The notes below the pieces were generated by a model. It saw only the letters and a program-made list of their open reading frames with translations, was not told the DNA's origin and did no database searches. A stretch of 64,000 nt of DNA, taken from the NCBI GenBank assembly GCA_964473665.1, contig CAYYPV010000015.1:7793-71792 (forward strand), read 5' to 3'. The translations under genes were made by a program, and so were the position numbers. How positions within the stretch are numbered: position 1 is the stretch's first letter; every line of letters begins with the position of its first letter. Below are positions 29,336 through 39,075 of this stretch, piece after piece. This DNA is from an uncultured Candidatus Bathyarchaeia archaeon. GTDB lineage: Archaea > Thermoproteota > Bathyarchaeia > RBG-16-48-13 > CAYPFQ01.

Positions 29336-30139
29336 TTGAGCTCTAAAAAGCGGTTTTTTTCTGCTGATCGGCCGGAAACTGTTGAGGGACGTCAATACCA
29401 TATTGGTTGTAAGCGTGGTGATGTGGCTAGGTATGTTTTGTTACCTGGTGATCCTGGACGTGTTCCTAAGATAGGAAGGTTATGGGATGAGGCAGGAGAG
29501 GTTGCGTATAATCGGGAGTATAGGACTTGGACTGGTAAGGTTGGCGATGTTGGAATTTCTGCTTGTTCTAGTGGAATTGGTTGCCCTAGCGCCGTGATTG
29601 CTTTGGAGGAGTTGGCTAGAGTTGGAGCGGATACCTTTATTCGTGTTGGAAGTACGGGTGCAATCCAGCCGAATATTAAGGTCGGCGATTTAGTAATATC
29701 CGCTGGGGCGGTTAGATTTGAGGGGACTAGTAAACAATATGTTCCAGTTGAATATCCTGCAGTTGCTAGTTTTGATGTTGTTTGTGCTTTGATTAAGGCT
29801 GCTAAAAAGTTTGGTTATAGATATCATGTTGGGATAACTGCTACTACTGACAGTTTTTATCTCGGTCAAGGGAGGCCGGGTTTTCGGGGATATAGTCCCT
29901 CTTGGGTTAAGGATTTGATTCCTAATCTTCGTAAGGCGAATGTACTGAATTTCGAGATGGAGTCTTCCGCACTTCTTACTGTAGCATCGTTGTATGGACT
30001 TAGAATGGGTGTAATTTGTGCAGTTTTTGCGGAACGTGAAGCAAATAAGTTTGAGCCTATTGGCGAAGAAGAGAGTTGTAGAACTGCGGTTGAAGCTGTT
30101 AAGATTTTGAGTAAAGTGGATAAAGATAGGAGAATTTAA
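29336..30139 (+). CDS. Nucleoside phosphorylase, PNP/UDP family 1 (uridine phosphorylase-like); TTG start
   Basis: PNP/UDP family motifs (GDPGRV..., VGSTGAI, FEMES). Confidence 0.7.
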   Translation: MSSKKRFFSADRPETVEGRQYHIGCKRGDVARYVLLPGDPGRVPKIGRLWDEAGEVAYNREYRTWTGKVGDVGISACSSGIGCPSAVIALEELARVGADTFIRVGSTGAIQPNIKVGDLVISAGAVRFEGTSKQYVPVEYPAVASFDVVCALIKAAKKFGYRYHVGITATTDSFYLGQGRPGFRGYSPSWVKDLIPNLRKANVLNFEMESSALLTVASLYGLRMGVICAVFAEREANKFEPIGEEESCRTAVEAVKILSKVDKDRRI

Positions 30140-30140
30140 G

Positions 30141-30992
30141 TTAGTATAGGCTCATATCGAGTACTTTTGCACATTGACACTGTCTTTCTTTCGGTATTTT
30201 TGGAATTAGTTCATAAATCAGTTTGTTTACGTTAGCGACGTTTTCTTCCATACTTTTACGAACTCTTTCCGCATTGACTGGTAGTAGCCCATATACGTCA
30301 GTGTCTGTTATGAGCGCTATTGTTTCGTAGCACATTTCTACTTCTCTGCAGAGATAAGCTTCTGTAATCGCTGTCATTCCGACTACGCTAAAACCGTGGT
30401 TTTTATAGACTAGACTTTCTGCGCGTGTGGAGAAACGTGGACCTTCTATGCATACGTAGGTGAATGATTTTTTCTGCGTTTCTTCTTCCGCCGTTGGGTG
30501 TACTGTGATTTTTGTTAGTGTTTCTCGTGCTGTGTCTATGATCACTCTTCTCAATTCAGGGCAAATTGGATCAGCAAATACTACATGCCCGACTACTCCG
30601 CCTTCATAGAATGATAGGTGTCGTCTAACTGTTGTTCTATCAAAAAATTGATCTATGACAACAAATTCGTATGGTTTTATGGTTTCAGGTTGAAGAGAAC
30701 CTACAGCACATGGACTTATTACTCGTTTAATGCCTAATTCTTTGAATGCCCATATATTGGCTCTCCAGTTTACTTTGTAATTGGGTAGAATATGCCTTTT
30801 TCCGTGACGGGCTAAAAATGCTACTTTTCTATCCTTTACCCACCCGACGTATATGAAATCGCTTGGTGCTCCATATGGCGTGTAGACTTTGATTTCTTTT
30901 GAGTCTTTGAGCATCGTTGTATCGTAGTTAGCTGTACCGCCGAAGATTCCTATTTCTGCTGATTCTTGAGGTCTAATTCTTTGACTTGCCAT
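30141..30992 (-). CDS. mtnP: 5'-methylthioadenosine (MTA) phosphorylase-like
   Basis: MTAP-family pattern (IGIFGGT...HGKRH...VGMT...). Confidence 0.75.
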   Translation of the reverse strand: MASQRIRPQESAEIGIFGGTANYDTTMLKDSKEIKVYTPYGAPSDFIYVGWVKDRKVAFLARHGKRHILPNYKVNWRANIWAFKELGIKRVISPCAVGSLQPETIKPYEFVVIDQFFDRTTVRRHLSFYEGGVVGHVVFADPICPELRRVIIDTARETLTKITVHPTAEEETQKKSFTYVCIEGPRFSTRAESLVYKNHGFSVVGMTAITEAYLCREVEMCYETIALITDTDVYGLLPVNAERVRKSMEENVANVNKLIYELIPKIPKERQCQCAKVLDMSLY

Positions 30993-31054
30993 AATTGGTC
31001 ACTTTGGTAGATGAGTAGTTTGTCTATGCACTGAATTAATAATTTATGTGTCGA

Positions 31055-32332
31055 CTATGTAATTATAGGTGATTTAATTCCCCATTTTGCCATGTTACTT
31101 TGAACCATTCTATCAATTTTCGCTTCTGTTAACAACTTTATTTGACTTGGTCTAAATGCCCCTATATCTGTAATTATCAGATTGATGAGTTTTGGAGGGG
31201 TTACGTCAAACGCTGGATTATATATTAGAACTTTGCCTTTAGTTGGCCTTTTTTCTCTGGAAATGACTTGTTCAGGCGGCCATTTTTTTAGACTCTTCCC
31301 TGAAATTATCCCTCTTTTCCTTAAATCCTCAGCTTCTAGGTTATAATAGTAAGTAATTTCTTCTGTTTTTCTTTCTTCGATCGGAATTTGTTCTCCTTTC
31401 TCCGTCATTAAGTCAATTGTGCTGTAAGATGTGGCGTAATAGAATGGTATACCATAAGGATAGGCGATCTGAGCTATGTCTAAAGAACCTATTTTATTCG
31501 CTACCGAACCGTCTTTGGCAACCCTGTCAACGCCTAGTATAATTTTTGACACTTGAAAATGTTTGAATGAAGATGTAATCATATTATCTGTAACTATTAC
31601 AATGGGAACTCCTGCTCTGTTCAGTTCCCATACTGTCAATTTGTAGCCTTGGCTTCGAGGTCTAGTTTCTTTGGATATAACCATTAAGTCGGTTCCTTCA
31701 GCATAGGCTTCTTCAATCATTCCAAGAGCATGCCCACCGAAGGACGAAGATAGACTTCCACCGTTGCAGTGGGTCATTATTACATCGCCATCTTCAATGT
31801 GTTTCATGCCTTCTTGACGTAGGAACCAACTCATGACTAGGTCTGAAGCCAATACATAATCTGCAGCATCTTTAATCGCATCAATAACTATGTCGATGTT
31901 TTTGCTGTTTTCCGCGGCCTTGCGTGCCGCGTTCATTGTTAGATTTATAGCCCATATGAGCGGGTAAGCCGTTGGTCTTGTGCTTCTAAGAAATGCTGTT
32001 GCTTCTTCCATATTTTTCATAAAATCCTTTCCAGCATTGCGAAATGCGATGGCTGCGAGCAGGACCGAATAGCCTGTGGCACATCCAATGGCTTGGGACC
32101 CTCGTACAATCATTCCTTTTATCCCAGGATTTCCTGCTTTTTTCCAGTCATTAGTACGCCATGTCTTTATTTCATAGGGGAGTTTAGTTTGGTCGAGTAA
32201 AACTAGTTCATTTGTTTTTTCGTCATAGCATACGGTTAGCGGAATTTTCATTTTTTTATGTGAGTAAATTCCTATTTCGCTGTCAAAGACTAATCCAATT
32301 TTATTAAAGATTTTCTCGAGATTTACAGTCAA
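31055..32332 (-). CDS. mtnA: eIF-2B-family isomerase, probably methylthioribose-1-phosphate isomerase (MtnA)
   Basis: RGSQAIGCATGY, TRPTAY, ETRPRSQG, NPAFDVTP motifs. Adjacent to the MTAP gene. Confidence 0.7.
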   Translation of the reverse strand: MTVNLEKIFNKIGLVFDSEIGIYSHKKMKIPLTVCYDEKTNELVLLDQTKLPYEIKTWRTNDWKKAGNPGIKGMIVRGSQAIGCATGYSVLLAAIAFRNAGKDFMKNMEEATAFLRSTRPTAYPLIWAINLTMNAARKAAENSKNIDIVIDAIKDAADYVLASDLVMSWFLRQEGMKHIEDGDVIMTHCNGGSLSSSFGGHALGMIEEAYAEGTDLMVISKETRPRSQGYKLTVWELNRAGVPIVIVTDNMITSSFKHFQVSKIILGVDRVAKDGSVANKIGSLDIAQIAYPYGIPFYYATSYSTIDLMTEKGEQIPIEERKTEEITYYYNLEAEDLRKRGIISGKSLKKWPPEQVISREKRPTKGKVLIYNPAFDVTPPKLINLIITDIGAFRPSQIKLLTEAKIDRMVQSNMAKWGIKSPIIT

Positions 32333-32427
32333 ATTTTAGTCTCTCCTTTAAATAGCCCGTTAGTATTTATCTTAGCTAAATTGGTTTTACGTACAAAAAC
32401 GTAGGGGTATTTCGTGGAGACAGAGAA

Positions 32428-33324
32428 ATGATCCCGGTATTTAATGCTGCAAGCCATATTCCATTAAAGGAGGATAGACGGAGCCTCGATATTGATAAAG
32501 CACGTTCTGAGACAAGGTGGCTTGAAGAGCACGGAGCAAATAGTCTAGTTATATCAGTTCCTGCTGCCTCTCCTTACCTAACGCCAGACCAGATGATTGC
32601 ATATATTAATGCAGCTAATGATGTGCGGAAAAATTTGAAGATTATTTGTGATGTTGGGGCTCGAGGGACTTTTGAGGCGATAGACTTAGCTCAAAAAGCT
32701 GTGGAAAATGGCGCAGAATTTATAATGATTTGTCCCCCTGTAATTTTTCCGATATCAAATATTTCAAAGAAAAGGTACTTCATGAAGATCGCTTCGTCCA
32801 TTCCGAATACAGAAGTGATTATCTATAATTTGCCTAAGTATACTTTAAACCCGATTGATTTGCCTCTGTTGAAAGAGTTGTTAAGAGACTTAACTAATGT
32901 AGGAGGGGTTAAGGAGACAATTGATAATTTAATTGAGTTCCGACAGGCTAAATCAATAATTGAAGAAATGAAGTTAACGAAGAAAGTCAGATTGGTCATT
33001 GGGGAAGATCTGATTATTTGGGATGCATTTCTCGTAGGACAAGAAATTGGAACTATTTCAACTTTCTGCAGCATGTGGTTGGAGCATGTGATGCAACTTC
33101 GTGAATATGCGAATCAAAATGATAACAGGAAAGGACAGGAACTTGGAAAGAAACTTGAAGCATTTAAAAGTGGAGTAGTAAGGAAGCTAGATTATTTGGT
33201 GGCACAGCAAGCTACAGCGACAATTAGACGTAATACTGGCGGTTATAATCCTGAGCCTTTTGCATCACCAACAAAATCAGATATTGATTTTGTTAAGAAT
33301 AAAATTAATGAAATTGGCCTTTAA
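32428..33324 (+). CDS. DapA/NAL-family class I aldolase-like protein
   Basis: TIM-barrel DapA-like pattern (IIYNLP..., GVKET). Confidence 0.55.
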   Translation: MIPVFNAASHIPLKEDRRSLDIDKARSETRWLEEHGANSLVISVPAASPYLTPDQMIAYINAANDVRKNLKIICDVGARGTFEAIDLAQKAVENGAEFIMICPPVIFPISNISKKRYFMKIASSIPNTEVIIYNLPKYTLNPIDLPLLKELLRDLTNVGGVKETIDNLIEFRQAKSIIEEMKLTKKVRLVIGEDLIIWDAFLVGQEIGTISTFCSMWLEHVMQLREYANQNDNRKGQELGKKLEAFKSGVVRKLDYLVAQQATATIRRNTGGYNPEPFASPTKSDIDFVKNKINEIGL

Positions 33325-33434
33325 CTAAATTCGGCGAATTTGAGATATTAATGGTGGGTTATTTGCCAATGAGACTTTATGAGAGAAGTATAGTCGGGAT
33401 TGTTCTTGCGGGTAAACCGGAGAGAAATTAAAAT

Positions 33435-34976
33435 TTGAGCGAAGAAAGAGCTAAGAAGGCGCTGATAAGCGCAATAAGCGCTGGCTACCAGTTGGATAGA
33501 GATGCCCTTTCGTTCTTGGAAGTACTTCCTGAAACGTGTGAAACTGCGGATGTCGTTAAAAAAGCTGTTGAGAAGGCGAGTGGCCTCCCGCAAAAAACTA
33601 TGTTTATTTCCCGTGACTTATTAGAGGAGGCAGCGGAGGAAATTTTACCTGTAAAAGAAACCGAGAAACCGTGCATTGTTGAAGGGATGACTGGAAAAGA
33701 GATTTTTCACCCATATGCAAAGGAAATAAGTGCAGAAATGAAAATAATCGCAGATCCGACATCAATGAACTCAACCGGATCCATAGATGACTTTCTTCAA
33801 TGTTTCCGCGACCGTTTCAACAAAATTGAGAGGTTGTTAAGACAGAGGATGGATGTAAGGGGCGCCGTTTCAATTCAAGAAGCGTTGAATGCTAGACCAA
33901 ATACAGAAGTAAAAACAATCGGTCTTGTTTATGATAGACGTGAAAGAAAGAGGACAATCATGTTACAAATAGAGGACTTGGAAAATTCAGCGACTGTGAT
34001 GATTCCCCCATCAGCGTCACAGACCGTCTTCGAGAAAGCGCAGAAAATACTCCTCGATCAAGTAATTTGCGTTTGTGTAACTAGAAGTAGAGGCGACCTA
34101 TTAATTGCAAGCGACATAATACTACCAGACATACCTGAAAGAAAACCAATACATGCGAAGGAAAATGTCTGTGTAGCATTAACGTCAGACCTTCATATAG
34201 GAAGCCGCGTATTCCTAAAAGACGTACTTAATAGGTTCATTCTTTGGTTAAACGGCAAACTTGGTTCAACTAGAGATAGGGAATTAGCAGGGTTAGTAAA
34301 ATATGTCGTAATAGCTGGAGACCTAGTTGATGGAATAGGCGTCTATCCCGAGCAGGAAAAAGAGCTTGAAATTTCTGATATCTATGAACAGTACCGGATA
34401 GCGGCTCAGTACATAGAGCAAATTCCAGATTACATTGAAGTCGTGATAATTCCAGGAAATCATGACGCAACTAGGCAGGCCCTACCGCAGCCAGCCATAC
34501 CAAAAAAATATGCTGAACCGATCTACTCGGTAAGAGAAGTCACTATGCTAGGAGATCCAGCAACAGTGCAGCTCCATGGTGTAAACCTTCTACTCTATCA
34601 TGGAAGAAGCTTAGAGGATGTAATAGGATCAGTACCGCACTTAACCTATAACCAGCCTGAAAAAGCGATGGAACTCTTGTTAAAAGCACGTCACGTAGCA
34701 CCCGTGTACGGCAAAAGAACACCGATTGCACCAGAATCACATGACCAGCTAATAATCGAGGACTGCCCAGACATTTTCCATGTCGGCCATATTCATATTA
34801 ATGGCTATGAAAGCTATCGCGGAACCTTGTTAGTAAATTCAGGTGCTTGGCAGAAGACTACAGAATATCAAAGAAAAATGGGACTAACACCGACGCCTGG
34901 AAGAGTACCGATCGTAAATTTAGCAACAATGCAATTAACGGAAATGGATTTTATGGGTTATGAACTGTCTACGTAA
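33435..34976 (+). CDS. DNA polymerase II (PolD) small subunit DP1 (TTG start)
   Basis: N-terminal DP1 domain, OB region, Mre11-like phosphoesterase motifs (DLHIGS, GDLVDG, GNHD, GHIH). 513 aa. Confidence 0.85.
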   Translation: MSEERAKKALISAISAGYQLDRDALSFLEVLPETCETADVVKKAVEKASGLPQKTMFISRDLLEEAAEEILPVKETEKPCIVEGMTGKEIFHPYAKEISAEMKIIADPTSMNSTGSIDDFLQCFRDRFNKIERLLRQRMDVRGAVSIQEALNARPNTEVKTIGLVYDRRERKRTIMLQIEDLENSATVMIPPSASQTVFEKAQKILLDQVICVCVTRSRGDLLIASDIILPDIPERKPIHAKENVCVALTSDLHIGSRVFLKDVLNRFILWLNGKLGSTRDRELAGLVKYVVIAGDLVDGIGVYPEQEKELEISDIYEQYRIAAQYIEQIPDYIEVVIIPGNHDATRQALPQPAIPKKYAEPIYSVREVTMLGDPATVQLHGVNLLLYHGRSLEDVIGSVPHLTYNQPEKAMELLLKARHVAPVYGKRTPIAPESHDQLIIEDCPDIFHVGHIHINGYESYRGTLLVNSGAWQKTTEYQRKMGLTPTPGRVPIVNLATMQLTEMDFMGYELST

Positions 34977-35538
34977 GTCCATGTGCAATAAGTCGAGCTA
35001 TCCTAACAGGTTCAGGTACTTTAGAAATTACAGATAATCTGCGTGTTATTTTTTTAGCCCAACCAAGATTTGCGCCGATAACTTCGATGTAGATTGGCAG
35101 CTCACCTGATTTTGATGTAACCATGTATATTGGTCCAAGTTTTTCAATAATTGCCCAGCGACGCTCCCAATCTTTAAAATGATCCATTAATGCATTTTTG
35201 ACAGCCACATTATCTGGTTTCTTTCTAGAAACGATAATTACAGGTATACCGAGTTTTTTGTTTACCTTGACGGGATCTACTAAATTAAATCCAGCAAAAG
35301 AAACCCCACTAAGCATTACAACGTCGGCACTGATACCTCTCAACGTTCGAAGAAGCTTATCAGTAGCATCCAAACCATCAACAGTAATCGTACAAGAACG
35401 AAAATTTTCAAGTTGCATATCTTTCATCAAAATCACAATGAGTAAAGTCTTTCCATGCCGAAATCCCTCTGCATGAAAACTGCCCTCATCAACACCAGCA
35501 ACTCTAATTGGATTTAGTTTTGAGACAATTCGGCGCAT
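34969..35538 (-). CDS. UPF0215/DUF99-family protein (internal Met start assumed)
   Basis: AGVDEGSF...ITVDGLDAT...PVIIVSRK pattern. Ends overlap both polD-DP1 and orc1. Confidence 0.5.
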   Translation of the reverse strand: MRRIVSKLNPIRVAGVDEGSFHAEGFRHGKTLLIVILMKDMQLENFRSCTITVDGLDATDKLLRTLRGISADVVMLSGVSFAGFNLVDPVKVNKKLGIPVIIVSRKKPDNVAVKNALMDHFKDWERRWAIIEKLGPIYMVTSKSGELPIYIEVIGANLGWAKKITRRLSVISKVPEPVRIARLIAHGLT

Positions 35539-36751
35539 AATCCAGCAACCGTCCAACCCAACTATCATCAATGAAAATGTTCCTAATAACACTGCTAGAA
35601 ACGCCAATTGAAACTTTCTTTGTTCGCCCGTACCGTCCAAAACTAACGACTCGTGCGTTGAGAACACCCATGATATCAAGCTCGTTTATTAGTCCGCTTA
35701 CTCTACGTTGCGTTAAAACTTCGACGCCGAGCTGACCACAAAGTTCCTTGTAAACTTCAAAGACATCGCCGGTAATGGATCCATTTGAATTAGTTTTTTT
35801 TATTAAATATACACCAAAGAGAACAAGTTTGGAGTGTAATGGGAGAGTTTTTAGAACCTCCACAACTCTGTCTTGTTCAATTTTTTCCTGCGCTTGGCGT
35901 ACATGCTCTTCCGTTACATGTTTTTCACTATGTCGTTCAGCTAACTCACCAGCAACCCTCAGTAGATCTAAAGCACGTCTAGCGTCACCGTGTTCAGCTG
36001 CAGCTAAGGCGGAACATAAGTTAATCACCCCTGCTCCCAACGCGCCGTCTAGGAAGGCCAATTTTGATCTCTCTTGAAGTATGTCATGTAGTTCAGGTGC
36101 TGAGTATGGTCTAAATACAGCTTCTTCTTCGCTTAAGCTACTTAGAACTCGTGGGTCTAATAATTCTTTAAACCGTAGATTGTTGGAAATGCCGAGTATC
36201 GAAACTCTACCGAATTTAAGGTTTTCGTTAATTCTAGTTAGCTCGTAGAGTACAGCGTCTCCCTTGGCTTTTATTAACGCGTCTACTTCGTCAAGTACAG
36301 TGATTAATAGAATGCGTTTTGACTCTAATGCGCCCTTGAATCTGTCGAAGACTTCACCGACAGCTAGCCCTGTGAACGGTATGTGTAAACCGATTGATTC
36401 GCAAAGTTGAGAGAGAACGCGGTAATCTGTGCCGGCGATTCTACAATTTACGTAACAAACTTCAATGGACGCATGCAGTTCGCGACTTTTCCTAACCAGT
36501 TTATCTAGCACGAATTTGACGACGGCCGTTTTTCCTGTTCCAGTTTTACCGTAAATAAAAATGTTTGATGGCCTAGATCCATTTAGAACTGGCGCTAGAA
36601 TACTTCCTATCATTCGCGTCTGCTCGTCTCTATGTGGTAAATAAGCTGGAATAAAATCATGACGCAAGACATCTCGGTTCTTAAAAATCCTGGATTCTTG
36701 AAGAAAGCTTTCAAAAAGATTATCAAGTAAATCTGTTCGCTCTAATGTCAT
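35504..36751 (-). CDS. cdc6: Orc1/Cdc6 replication initiator
   Basis: AAA+ Walker A IYGKTGTGKTA, Walker B LDEVD, C-terminal winged helix. 415 aa. Confidence 0.9.
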   Translation of the reverse strand: MTLERTDLLDNLFESFLQESRIFKNRDVLRHDFIPAYLPHRDEQTRMIGSILAPVLNGSRPSNIFIYGKTGTGKTAVVKFVLDKLVRKSRELHASIEVCYVNCRIAGTDYRVLSQLCESIGLHIPFTGLAVGEVFDRFKGALESKRILLITVLDEVDALIKAKGDAVLYELTRINENLKFGRVSILGISNNLRFKELLDPRVLSSLSEEEAVFRPYSAPELHDILQERSKLAFLDGALGAGVINLCSALAAAEHGDARRALDLLRVAGELAERHSEKHVTEEHVRQAQEKIEQDRVVEVLKTLPLHSKLVLFGVYLIKKTNSNGSITGDVFEVYKELCGQLGVEVLTQRRVSGLINELDIMGVLNARVVSFGRYGRTKKVSIGVSSSVIRNIFIDDSWVGRLLDYAPNCLKTKSN

Positions 36752-36881
36752 GTTTAAATCTCTCTGTTTCTAGTTGTAGAACCACAATTTCAATTGGAAT
36801 ATAAAAGCCGCTTCTACAAAAATTCGAATCCTATACCATAAAAAAATAAACAGATCAAAAGTCAAAATAATGATCTAAAGA

Positions 36882-37202
36882 TCATCTTTCAATTTGTTTA
36901 ACCAGATCCGCGAAGATACCAAAGGCCTCATTAATGACTGCTAGCGTTTTATCTGGATTAAGTTTTAGTCCCGCTCTTAAAATCAGCGCAGTTGTTTCGT
37001 CATTAGGATAGTTGCGAACTCTACCGTTTTTCCCTATAAGATAGAAGTAAACCTGCCGCGGGTGTATCCCGACAGCCTTAGCCGTAGCTGTAGGACTGGA
37101 TTCACATTGCCGGTAAACTGCCTTAAATAGTTCCAGCCTTAATTTTTTTGGCATAAAGCTAGCAATCTTATCCAAGCGTTCTGTGTTCAATAGTACGCAC
37201 AC
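36882..37202 (-). CDS. Small putative HTH protein
   Basis: 106 aa, TATAKAVGIHPRQVYFYL helix-turn-helix-like segment. Confidence 0.35.
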   Translation of the reverse strand: MCVLLNTERLDKIASFMPKKLRLELFKAVYRQCESSPTATAKAVGIHPRQVYFYLIGKNGRVRNYPNDETTALILRAGLKLNPDKTLAVINEAFGIFADLVKQIER

Positions 37203-37211
37203 GCCCCATAA

Positions 37212-37230
37212 TTTCCAATGGAAGTCTCCT
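37212..37230 (-). promoter_or_regulatory. ORB-like origin recognition box 1
   Basis: atttccaatggaagtctcc resembles the mini-ORB core TTCCAGTGGAAAC. Confidence 0.45.
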
Positions 37231-37388
37231 TATATTGGGAATACTTACGAAATGAAATTCTTAGAATAGTCTCCGTTTGCTTTTAGCATAGAAATATAAT
37301 AACGATTATTATTGAAAATTTTAGAGCTTTTAGTTGATGTTTTTACTGACGAATGATATAGCGACCTGTTTTCCAAGTTAAGGAAAGA

Positions 37389-37415
37389 TCTCCAGTAGAA
37401 ACGCAGGTGTGGAGG
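37389..37415 (+). promoter_or_regulatory. ORB-like origin recognition box 2 with a downstream G-rich element
   Basis: tctccagtagaaacgcaggtgtggagg matches the archaeal ORB core CTCCAGTGGAAACG. Confidence 0.5.
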
Positions 37416-37563
37416 TTTCGTTTTTGTTTATTCTTGGTTATTAATAAACAATTTTAACGCTGTGAAAGTTGTGAAACCCAGGTTTAATTAGACTTTTTCC
37501 GAGGTATTTTTTATATTCGCCAGCCATTTTTTGGTTATTTTTTATTTTTAACGCAACCCCTAT

Positions 37564-37578
37564 GTTTCCACTGGAAAA
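37564..37578 (-). promoter_or_regulatory. ORB-like origin recognition box 3, adjacent to an AT-rich unwinding tract
   Basis: gtttccactggaaaa is the reverse complement of TTTTCCAGTGGAAAC. Flanked by A/T runs. Confidence 0.55.
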
Positions 37579-37754
37579 TAAGTTACCCCAGTCCTATTTT
37601 ACGCCTATTTTACAAAAAACTTAGTGAAGCTGTGAATTACATGGAAAGCTATAAATCTAGTTTATTTTTTAATTTTAAACTCAAAAAAAGATAATTCAAC
37701 GATTTTAAAAATTCTTATTCACCAAAAATCTCTTTAACTTGTGAATATGTAGAG

Positions 37755-38201
37755 GTGTTAATAACACAAGAGGTTACATCTATGCCGCCACGAAAAGTTA
37801 AATTTGAAGTTCTTGATCAAGAAGGAAATCGCTTCTCGATAGCATTTGAAGGCTGCGTCACAAGAGACAGAGTTTTACAGGTAATTGATTTAATTGAATT
37901 ACTGGGCGGAGTACCTGCCGCAGAATCTAAAACTGAAAGAAATTATAACGAATTATCTAAAGTTGAACGAATTCAAGAGCTTATCAAACAACAATTTCCA
38001 GCTGGCTGGTTCGCATCAAGAGACGTGCAAGATGCGTACGAGAATACAGTTAATCAGCCTATCGGATTAAGCACAGTGGCCACTTACCTAACCAGGCTAA
38101 GTGAGAAAGGCGTACTTATTAGAGGAGGATCTGTAGCAGAGCGGCGGTATCGTCTAAGAAGAGAATTTTTACCAGAAGGATCAATGAAACTTACTACTTA
38201 G
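37755..38201 (+). CDS. Winged-helix DNA-binding protein
   Basis: C-terminal wHTH (STVATYLTRLSEKGVLIRGGSVAERRYRL). Confidence 0.5.
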   Translation: MLITQEVTSMPPRKVKFEVLDQEGNRFSIAFEGCVTRDRVLQVIDLIELLGGVPAAESKTERNYNELSKVERIQELIKQQFPAGWFASRDVQDAYENTVNQPIGLSTVATYLTRLSEKGVLIRGGSVAERRYRLRREFLPEGSMKLTT

Positions 38202-38970
38202 TGAGATGTTTTCGCAATTCTCGCTGAAATTTTTTAGCTAAACTTGCTGCCGTTTCTTCAGGGCTTTCTGCAAGGCCCTCTTTTACTGGAACCTCCGTTA
38301 GTGGAAGTTTCTTCATCATTTCCTCTACAGGGGCTCGTGCTTTTTCGCTAATGCTATAAGTATATGGAATTTTAGATCCCTCTCTTTCAACATAACCCGC
38401 ATCAGAAAGTTTCTTCATAAGGCGTGCTGTATGCTCACGTGATTTTCCAATTATTTTTTGCAGTTCTGGAGCTGGCTTTGAGCCATCTTGAATAAGTATC
38501 TCAAGAACACGCATTTCGGTTGCAGTCAAATGAGCAACCGATGTGGGACTTACTGCCAACGCTTCGGTTTCTGGCAACAATCCTTGATACCTATTGTCTA
38601 AGAGATTTATTTGATCTTGCATTGTTTTTTGCGCTCCAATTAATTTATTGGTTTGTTCACGAACAGTAATCATATGTTTAGCTACTGTTCTTGCTGCAAT
38701 TAGTGATGTTTCAACACCCGTTACTAGGCTATCTATTTTTTCACTCTGTTTACTTACCTGCACTTCTATTTTTTCGACTGATGTGCGCGTTGCTTGCGCT
38801 TCTTGTGCAATAAGGTCAGTTTTTTCACCTTGCTTCTGAAGACGATCGTGGAAGGTTGTAACAATAGCCTGCGTTACATCTTTTTCGTTTACATAACCTG
38901 CTCTTGCTTTCCCAATCCAGCGATAGAGAATAATTAACGTAGCTACCAGTACACCTACTGAGGTAATCAA
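38194..38970 (-). CDS. Membrane-anchored coiled-coil protein with C-terminal MarR-like wHTH
   Basis: N-terminal TM helix, long coiled coil, C-terminal LTATEMRVLEILIQDGSKPAPELQKIIGKSREHTARLMKKL. Confidence 0.5.
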   Translation of the reverse strand: MITSVGVLVATLIILYRWIGKARAGYVNEKDVTQAIVTTFHDRLQKQGEKTDLIAQEAQATRTSVEKIEVQVSKQSEKIDSLVTGVETSLIAARTVAKHMITVREQTNKLIGAQKTMQDQINLLDNRYQGLLPETEALAVSPTSVAHLTATEMRVLEILIQDGSKPAPELQKIIGKSREHTARLMKKLSDAGYVEREGSKIPYTYSISEKARAPVEEMMKKLPLTEVPVKEGLAESPEETAASLAKKFQRELRKHLTK

Positions 38971-39075
38971 TACAGGATCTACTGGACTCAGATTGGAAGC
39001 CCCCTTATCTATAATATAAATTCTAAGTTTTTTCTTAGTTATTTACGTTTTTATTTGCATTCTTCCTAACTAAGG

